A stretch of 64,000 nt of DNA from a virus (lineage: Duplodnaviria; Caudoviricetes): the IMG/VR virus record IMGVR_UViG_2558860226_000001, positions 1 to 64,000 of that record, one strand, 5' to 3'. Positions 57,960-64,000 of the stretch are shown here, one piece after another. Position 1 is the stretch's first letter. Each line of letters starts with the position of its first letter. The notes beneath the pieces were generated by a model. The model was not told the origin of the DNA, did not search any database, and saw only the letters and a list, made by a program, of their open reading frames with translations. The translations under genes and the position numbers were made by a program.

Positions 57960-58882
57960 CAGAATGGTGCTCCGCTGTCGCCCTCTCCTGCCCAGCGCTG
58001 GAGACGGTCAAGGTTTCTTGCAGTGGTTGCCGAGTATTTCCCGGCGGCGATCGCCTTCGCGTGCTCGTTGTCGTCAAGGTCGCGTAGCTTTTCGACCTGA
58101 GCGGCGTCACGCAGGATTGTCTCGATGCCGTCATAGCGCTTGTTGGACGGGTTTTTGCCCATTAGCCAAGAGTCGTATTTGGCACCAGATATCGCTTTGC
58201 AGAGGTCAGCAACGGTGAATCCCTCATCGAGACGGGCGTTGATTCGCTTGCGGCGCTTCTGGTCGAGTTTTGATGTCAGGTGGTTATGCTCTGCCTGCCA
58301 GTGGCTGAACACGGTTTTAATGGCTTGTGATGCTGGTTGTTCTGGCGGTTTCTCTTCGTCCTGCTCAGGTGGTTTTTCACACGCGTCCCCAGCGGGGACT
58401 ATAGGGGTAATACTGTCTTTATTGTCTTTTGTAATATTGTCTTTTGTGTTTGACCGTTTCGGTAAATCGCTTTTTACCGATTTAGGAAAGGTTTTCTTTA
58501 CCGATTCGGTAAATGTTTTACTGAATCCGTTAAACTTGGTTTTCCACTCAGAAACGGCCTTGTTCATCCCTACCTGACGCCCTTGTTGTACAAGGACTCC
58601 CATCCTGATTAACTCGTTTCTTGCTGTAGAGCATTTTGTTGCCGCCATCCCTGTTAGCTCTGCGAACTGCTCATTGCCGATCCAGTCCATTTTTTTGTTA
58701 TAGCCGTAGGTCTTTCTCCATACGGCCATAACAATCAGCAGTTGGTGTTGCGTCAGGCCGGATAACATCACGGCCTCCAGCAATTCGTTAGCAGTTCGCG
58801 TGTAACCATCGTCGAGATCTGCCACTCTTTTCTCCTGCCCCGGCTCAGGTCCGGGGAATTTGATTACCTCAGCAGTGTTCAT
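57959..58882 (-). CDS. Replication initiator, lambda O-like
   Basis: ADLDDGYTRTANELLEA..RKTYGYNKKMDW; internal iterons. Confidence 0.92.
   Translation of the reverse strand: MNTAEVIKFPGPEPGQEKRVADLDDGYTRTANELLEAVMLSGLTQHQLLIVMAVWRKTYGYNKKMDWIGNEQFAELTGMAATKCSTARNELIRMGVLVQQGRQVGMNKAVSEWKTKFNGFSKTFTESVKKTFPKSVKSDLPKRSNTKDNITKDNKDSITPIVPAGDACEKPPEQDEEKPPEQPASQAIKTVFSHWQAEHNHLTSKLDQKRRKRINARLDEGFTVADLCKAISGAKYDSWLMGKNPSNKRYDGIETILRDAAQVEKLRDLDDNEHAKAIAAGKYSATTARNLDRLQRWAGEGDSGAPF
58450..58533. repeat. Origin iterons, 4 x ~17 bp (consensus TTTACCGATTCGGTAAA)
   Basis: Copies at 58450, 58473, 58497 and 58517 inside O, next to an A/T-rich tract. Confidence 0.75.
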
Positions 58883-58891
58883 GCCCCCTCC

Positions 58892-59428
58892 CTAGATGCG
58901 CATCGGCATAATGACCAGCGTTCCATTGCCGAAAGCGCTGTTGAACTCAACGATTGATGCTTCTGTGTTACCGTTTGGCTTGATCTTGATGCCACAGAAT
59001 TTCGGGTTGTATAGCTTTGCGGCTTTTTCGATGTCAGCCAGATAACCAGCGTTAAAGCCGATCTCGTCAGTAGGCTTACTTTCAAATTTTGAGGTGAGGC
59101 GTTCGATGTCAGGGAATCGAGCGTCAATTACTTCACACAGGCCAGCGCCAACGCGCAATCCATGAGCGTCAAGATAAGAAACGTTACCTGTATCAGTATC
59201 AATTTCGGCTTTCTCGAATCTGGTAGGCTTGGCACCCTTGATAGCGACGATCACGCGATCTTCTAGGCCATCAGTTTCATGTTGGCCGATAAACGCTCTG
59301 TGGCCATCTGTCGAATAAAGCTTTTTGTCAGGAGCAAAACAGATGCCATTGAGGTAATAACGAACATCCGCTTTTGCTTGGAAAATCATTGCGCTTAACA
59401 GCGCGGTTTTGCTGACAGTTAAAATCAT
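58892..59428 (-). CDS. Sliding-clamp (DnaN) domain-like protein
   Basis: DVRYYLNGI, STDGHR, IDARFPDIER, IGFNAGYL, VIMPMRI recall beta-clamp motifs. Confidence 0.72.
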   Translation of the reverse strand: MILTVSKTALLSAMIFQAKADVRYYLNGICFAPDKKLYSTDGHRAFIGQHETDGLEDRVIVAIKGAKPTRFEKAEIDTDTGNVSYLDAHGLRVGAGLCEVIDARFPDIERLTSKFESKPTDEIGFNAGYLADIEKAAKLYNPKFCGIKIKPNGNTEASIVEFNSAFGNGTLVIMPMRI

Positions 59429-59446
59429 GGTATTATTCCTATCGGT

Positions 59447-59740
59447 TTAAAATTCCATCGATATCTGAGAATCCGTGTCCTTGCCCGACGCGGATTTTTT
59501 CTTTATGAGCAACAGAGCAACTTGTTTAGCCAAATGCGCCAACTCATCGTCATCAACGCCCCATTCCAGCACTGCCAGTAACAGGCTCATGCGCGGTATC
59601 AGCGTTTCTTTCCACCGGGTAATCTGTGATGGATTTACGCCCACTGCCTCAGCAATAGCGCTGACCCCTTTCACAGCAATTTTGTTCAGTAAAGCGCTCT
59701 CAATGTGCAGAGCTTCTTTGCGTGTTTTTGCACGTTCCAT
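59447..59740 (-). CDS. cII: CII transcriptional activator
   Basis: IESALLNKIA..G....AEAVGV..SQITRWK...IP..S.LLAVLEWGV. Confidence 0.92.
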   Translation of the reverse strand: MERAKTRKEALHIESALLNKIAVKGVSAIAEAVGVNPSQITRWKETLIPRMSLLLAVLEWGVDDDELAHLAKQVALLLIKKKSASGKDTDSQISMEF

Positions 59741-59800
59741 TTGTGATACTTATCCGTGTTGAATACATAGGCATCCCGTGGGGTGCCACTGTGTTTGTTT

Positions 59801-59835
59801 GGGGTGAATCACCCACATCAGGCTGTTAAAGAGCG
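59801..59835 (-). promoter_or_regulatory. nutR (boxA + boxB-like hairpin)
   Basis: CGCTCTTTAACA-GCCTGA..GGGTG-ATT-CACCC after cro. Confidence 0.75.
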
Positions 59836-59842
59836 GCGTTAC

Positions 59843-60058
59843 TTATGCGGCACTGAAAATATCAGGGTAAAGTTCTTCCTTACTGAGTCCGGTTGCTGCC
59901 AAAAATTTGTTCATTTTTCGTGCTGGCAACCGGCCACCGCGCCGTTTAATCATGTTGATGGCCTGCGGAGTTACACCCACTTTTTCAGCCAAGTTCTTTT
60001 GGCTGCCACCAACAGCGGCTACGGCTTTTTCCAGCGGTGTAGTCTGCGTGTTGATCAT
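59843..60058 (-). CDS. cro: Cro-like repressor
   Basis: LEKAV..VGGSQ..LA..VGVTPQAI..L.PDIF; divergent from cI. Confidence 0.85.
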   Translation of the reverse strand: MINTQTTPLEKAVAAVGGSQKNLAEKVGVTPQAINMIKRRGGRLPARKMNKFLAATGLSKEELYPDIFSAA

Positions 60059-60078
60059 ATCTATCTCCGTTTATTTAA

Positions 60079-60153
60079 ATCAACGTAATGTTAACTCCTT
60101 AGCTGGAATAAATCAACATAATGATGATGGATGTGAATAAACAATATGTTTAT
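60079..60153. promoter_or_regulatory. oR: three 17-bp operators (ATCAAC-N5-GTTGAT consensus)
   Basis: Sites at 60079, 60112 and 60137. Confidence 0.7.
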
Positions 60154-60175
60154 ATTTTGTGATATGGAGATCGCC

Positions 60176-60889
60176 ATGAAAACAGCTGAAGACAGAATCG
60201 AATACATCATTGATAGTGAAGGGATTAGGCAAAAAGACCTAGCCCGAATGGTCAATGCCACACCTCAAACAGTAAATAACTGGAAAAAACGAAACTCGAT
60301 CAGCAAGGACGCAGCAAAAAAAATAGCTGAAATGTATGGCTATTCCTTAGAGTGGGTTCTTGATGGGACAGGTAGCCCAAAGCCAATCATCAATAGAGAG
60401 TCCACAGTTCCACCGGAATCAGAGTGGGATACAGTTGATGCATGGGATAAAAAAACACCACTACCTAGCGACGAGGTCGAAGTTCCATTTTTGCGTGACA
60501 TAGAACTCGCCGCTGGAGATGGTCGAATATCAGAAGACGATTATAACGGATTCAAATTGAGATTTTCGAAAGCCACTTTGCGCCGGGTTGGCGCTAATAC
60601 TGATGGGTCTGGAATTTTCTGTTTTCCCGCAAGGGGTAACAGTATGGAGCCTAACATACCAGACGGAACAACTGTTGCCGTCAACATTGACGACAAAAAA
60701 ATAGTTGATGGAAAAATATACGCAATAAATCAAGATGGCTGGAAACGCATAAAACTACTGTACCGGACCGGGCCGGATACATTGAGTATACGCAGCTATA
60801 ACAGCGCAGAACACCCGCCAGAAGAAGCCGCCATCTCAAATGTAGAGATTATCGGGCGCGTATTCTGGTGGTCTGTAATAGATTACTAG
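60176..60889 (+). CDS. cI: CI repressor (HTH + S24 peptidase)
   Basis: HTH N-terminus; AAGDG cleavage site; GNSMEP and IK.L catalytic motifs. Confidence 0.93.
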   Translation: MKTAEDRIEYIIDSEGIRQKDLARMVNATPQTVNNWKKRNSISKDAAKKIAEMYGYSLEWVLDGTGSPKPIINRESTVPPESEWDTVDAWDKKTPLPSDEVEVPFLRDIELAAGDGRISEDDYNGFKLRFSKATLRRVGANTDGSGIFCFPARGNSMEPNIPDGTTVAVNIDDKKIVDGKIYAINQDGWKRIKLLYRTGPDTLSIRSYNSAEHPPEEAAISNVEIIGRVFWWSVIDY

Positions 60890-60959
60890 CCACAGGCGGT
60901 GGGTGTTGGTGCGAACTTCAATAGGCAGCAAACAGTAAATTTACTGTATATGAGATCAG

Positions 60960-61913
60960 GTGAATGCCATAATGGAAGCAAGTGGAATTGCGGAAACAGA
61001 CGACATGAAGTTCAGAATTGTTTATGACGGCCCAGCCCTAGACAACCATGAGATGGATGTCCGCGATTTGGCACCTGCCCTTCTGTCGCTATCTGATGCT
61101 TTAGAGGAGGCGGGAAAGACAATCTATGGAAAAGAAAGGCGCGTATCAGTAAAGGTAAATGCTTCTTTTAAAGCTGGATCTTTCGGCGTCGATCTCATAG
61201 CTCAATCATCATCACTAACCAGCCAAATAATCGGAGCTTTTTCTGGCAATAGTGCCTCTGCTGCCTGCAACATAATAAGCCTGGTTGGGTTTGGATATTT
61301 AGCATCAAAACAGTCTTATAAAGGTCTGCTCCAGTTAATCAAATGGCTGGGGCCAAGAAAGATAAAAAGAATAGAACCAACATTTGATGGCTGCACAGAG
61401 ATTTTCACTGATGGTGAAAGTGAGGTTTTTGAGTCTCAAGTTATTGAATTATATAAAAACAAAAAATTAAGGCGATCTCTTGAAAATGTAATCACTAAAC
61501 CTTTAGAGAGAGATGGTATCGACAGTTTCGCCGTCACCATCGACAACGGGAAAACTTTTGTTGAAGTCAGTAAAGACGAAGCGATATTTTTCAAAGTTGA
61601 TAACATAGAAGAATCAATAATATCTGAGTCCATTACTGAGAAAGCACTTCAACCCTTAGATATCTCTTTTCGTGAAGGACACAAGTGGCAGTTTTCAGAT
61701 GGAGCGAGCCCATTTCAAGCTGAAGTTAGTGATGAACGATTCCTAAAGGCTATTGATGACCAATCAATAGCCTTTGCTAAGGGTGATCTCTTGCTAGTTG
61801 ATTTGAAAGTAACGCAGTATCTAGCAGAGAAAGGCATCAAGACTACCTATGAAATTGTGAATGTTAAGAAGATCATAAACCCACAACGGCAAATTGAATT
61901 CCCCTTCGAGTAA
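60960..61913 (+). CDS. Hypothetical moron in the rex position
   Basis: 317 aa, AT-rich, directly downstream of cI, followed by a terminator. Confidence 0.78.
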   Translation: MNAIMEASGIAETDDMKFRIVYDGPALDNHEMDVRDLAPALLSLSDALEEAGKTIYGKERRVSVKVNASFKAGSFGVDLIAQSSSLTSQIIGAFSGNSASAACNIISLVGFGYLASKQSYKGLLQLIKWLGPRKIKRIEPTFDGCTEIFTDGESEVFESQVIELYKNKKLRRSLENVITKPLERDGIDSFAVTIDNGKTFVEVSKDEAIFFKVDNIEESIISESITEKALQPLDISFREGHKWQFSDGASPFQAEVSDERFLKAIDDQSIAFAKGDLLLVDLKVTQYLAEKGIKTTYEIVNVKKIINPQRQIEFPFE

Positions 61914-61917
61914 TCCC

Positions 61918-61941
61918 ACCCGGCTCCGCGCCGGGTTTTTT
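61918..61941 (+). terminator. Terminator of the cI operon
   Basis: acccggc-N5-gccgggt + T-tract. Confidence 0.8.
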
Positions 61942-62042
61942 ATGCCCATCCTCAATCCCCTTTGTCTTGAACACATAAATCAACACTGATAAAAATAAAT
62001 AAACATAAAAATCAACGGAATGAGCATTTTTATAAAAAATAA

Positions 62043-62082
62043 ATCAACATTATGTTGACCGAGCAATTCACATGATGTTTAA
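62043..62082 (+). promoter_or_regulatory. oL/pL: two operators
   Basis: ATCAACattatGTTGAC (62043) and ATTCACatgatGTTTAA (62066). Confidence 0.68.
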
Positions 62083-62125
62083 TTGATTCACAGCAGGACG
62101 CTGACTCAGTACAAAACGGATTTAT

Positions 62126-62160
62126 TGCTCTTTAACAATACGCCTGAGGGTGTTTCACCC
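62126..62160 (+). promoter_or_regulatory. nutL (boxA + boxB-like hairpin)
   Basis: TGCTCTTTAACA..GCCTGA-GGGTG-TTT-CACCC. Confidence 0.75.
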
Positions 62161-62230
62161 CCAAAAAAACAAGCGATTTCACCCTGCTGCTTTACGAAGC
62201 GGCATGAATGAAACCACTGGAGATATCCAT

Positions 62231-62470
62231 ATGCCAAGAAACACACACAAGAATTTAGCGCGAGCGATTGCTCATCGTGCAGCACAGCAAGCCGATATTC
62301 GACTGGCTCGGAAAATTGAGGCGGCAATTTCAGGTTGTTCAGAACGCGTAACAAAGGCTCTGATTGAATTACCGCGAGTGACAGAAGTAGATAGCGGTGC
62401 TACATGCATACCTGATGTTGCGCTATTTCGAGCCGGGTATCGTAAATCTGAAAATATTAGTGCGAGGTGA
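62231..62470 (+). CDS. N-like early antiterminator
   Basis: First pL gene after nutL; C-terminal PDVALFRAGYRKS...AR as in P22-type N. Confidence 0.78.
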   Translation: MPRNTHKNLARAIAHRAAQQADIRLARKIEAAISGCSERVTKALIELPRVTEVDSGATCIPDVALFRAGYRKSENISAR

Positions 62471-62703
62471 GTATGAAAGACAGGCCAAATAAAATTTTAC
62501 TTACATGCATTCAAAACAACGAACATTCTCCGGAGCGATTAATAAATCAAAAAAGAATGGTTGAGATGGCTATATCAGCATGGTCTATTGGTGGCAATTG
62601 TTATGATGAGAACAAGCACATCGCCGGATATTGCGAAGAACAAAGAGGCTATTTTTACGAGGCATTAAATCTAATAAATAATCTGCTAGTTAAGTTTAAT
62701 TGA
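62467..62703 (+). CDS. Hypothetical protein
   Basis: Coupled to N; followed by terminator hairpin at ~62705-62728. Confidence 0.55.
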   Translation: MSMKDRPNKILLTCIQNNEHSPERLINQKRMVEMAISAWSIGGNCYDENKHIAGYCEEQRGYFYEALNLINNLLVKFN

Positions 62704-62854
62704 AAGGCCGCATAGCGCGGCCTCTTTTATTACCACATAAATTCTATGGGATGCGGTGACGCCAACACCGGGGTGCGAATATACAGACATTGTTTGTATC
62801 TCACCGCATCGCCATAGAGTTTATTGCATCCGATTAATAACTGAGTGAGGGGAT

Positions 62855-63079
62855 ATGGACGATATATGCGTTGGATATATCCGAATAAATAACAGCAACG
62901 GAACATACTTAATGGATGGCACGACGCTTCCAGTTTATGTTGATGCCGATTTTGGACTGTACGCCATTGAAGAGTATGAGAAAGGCGAGCCATGTAATCA
63001 CTCTCTCCAAGATTTACGAGAGGATGGCGTAGATTTCACGCTGGTAAATATTAATAACTTAATCAGTACAGAGAGGTGA
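62855..63079 (+). CDS. Hypothetical acidic protein
   Basis: GAGGGG SD; 74 aa. Confidence 0.6.
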   Translation: MDDICVGYIRINNSNGTYLMDGTTLPVYVDADFGLYAIEEYEKGEPCNHSLQDLREDGVDFTLVNINNLISTER

Positions 63080-63082
63080 GAG

Positions 63083-63364
63083 ATGGGTAAATACATCATC
63101 GTCTGGAATGAGAATAAAACGCAAGGGATTCTTCTCAGCCAAGAGAACGAAACAATAGATACATACGATGACGCATTTCATGCAGGCGGGGGAATGGAGC
63201 AAGGTAATGTTGCGTCATTGGCTGATGCTTTCAGAAATATATATGGGGAAGAACAGCAGTGCTCTTATCAGTGCGTAGATATTGAAAACGAAAATAGCAT
63301 TCCGATCGAACATGATAGCTCAACTTGGGATGATGATTGGGATTATGAAGACGCTAACAATTAA
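63083..63364 (+). CDS. Hypothetical highly acidic protein
   Basis: GAGGTG SD; D/E-rich C-terminus. Confidence 0.65.
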   Translation: MGKYIIVWNENKTQGILLSQENETIDTYDDAFHAGGGMEQGNVASLADAFRNIYGEEQQCSYQCVDIENENSIPIEHDSSTWDDDWDYEDANN

Positions 63365-63421
63365 CCACCACCCCCGCGCCAACACCAGATAACGCGATAA
63401 CACTTAACGCCCTATTGGGCA

Positions 63422-63700
63422 TTGGAGATAGAGATGACAAAGAAAGAAAAGCAATTCGTTGACGATATGATTCGTTGCCGTGGTATCGATTTTGCCCGTA
63501 TCGGAATGATGGTTGAAGTTTACGGAGATATCGGAACCATCGTAGGCATGAACGGCAGCGCTAATTTAGATGTGGTTTTCACCAATCAGCTTAAATATGG
63601 AAAGCATCCTGAAAACTGCCATCCAATTTGTGAAGTTAAATATTTCGACGCTGACGGGAAAGTTATTGCTGATTACACAACCAAAAATACGGCGGCATAG
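63422..63700 (+). CDS. Hypothetical protein
   Basis: G.IVGMN.SANLDVVF..NCHP; GGAG SD. Confidence 0.65.
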   Translation: MEIEMTKKEKQFVDDMIRCRGIDFARIGMMVEVYGDIGTIVGMNGSANLDVVFTNQLKYGKHPENCHPICEVKYFDADGKVIADYTTKNTAA

Positions 63701-63787
63701 TTATAAATCAACGGGAGGGAGTGATAAGTAAAATTACCATCCCTCACATCCGCATCACCTACTAATTAATCAATCAGGAGTTACCCA

Positions 63788-63979
63788 ATGGCATATACCA
63801 ATGTCGGGGCTATCCCTATGGGTAGCTCACAGCCAGTTTTTGAGTTTGACGCAATTAAATCTATTCAACATGCGAGAGTGAATATTCTCGCTAGTTCATC
63901 ATTTACAACTAAGAGTTGGCTGCAACGGTTATTCGAACAAATTGTCGCAACGGTTAATCAAAAGGGGTGTCCGCTATGA
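63788..63979 (+). CDS. CIII-like protein
   Basis: AGGAG SD; amphipathic helix ending NQKG.P; position in pL operon. Confidence 0.5.
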   Translation: MAYTNVGAIPMGSSQPVFEFDAIKSIQHARVNILASSSFTTKSWLQRLFEQIVATVNQKGCPL

Positions 63980-64000
63980 GCCAGTCAGTAGAAACCCTAT

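Larger units (their letters stand above)
14342..64000. mobile_element. Temperate prophage with lambdoid control region and contractile tail (extends past window end)
   Basis: att fragment, then tail, head, terminase, lysis, Q, nin, O, cII, cro, cI, N in lambdoid order. Confidence 0.95.

Overview
Pectobacteriaceae-like (probably Dickeya/Pectobacterium; inferred from GacA/UvrC and gene order) chromosomal window. A 4.7-kb block of host core genes (tRNA-Leu/Cys/Gly, pgsA with a 1-bp frameshift, uvrC, uvrY/gacA, yecF) lies between two prophages. Left (1-~9640): right end of a P2-like prophage (tail fibre, tfa, inverted U-T-E/E'-FII-FI cassette, D, ogr) ending at tRNA-Leu(TAA). Right (14342 to beyond 64000): a temperate phage inserted at a tRNA-Lys(CTT), with lambdoid control (cI/cro/cII/N/O/nin/Q) and a contractile-tail morphogenesis module (DUF1073-type portal, DUF2213, DUF2184 capsid, DUF3383 sheath). 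The accessory content of the right prophage is the most interesting part: (i) an AcrIF11-like/Aca5-like operon plus a second promoter with the same operator, driving an unannotated 60-aa acidic anti-CRISPR candidate; (ii) two tandem orphan C4-type antisense RNA cassettes of different specificity; (iii) a methyltransferase + GT9-like + Maf/sialyltransferase-like triad wired into the baseplate operon; (iv) TPR-like/HEPN and Doc/mini-antitoxin pairs and a GNAT-like orphan; (v) a stack of antirepressor genes and antisense-oriented antirepressor fragments. All family calls come from recognising motifs by eye; no searches were run.
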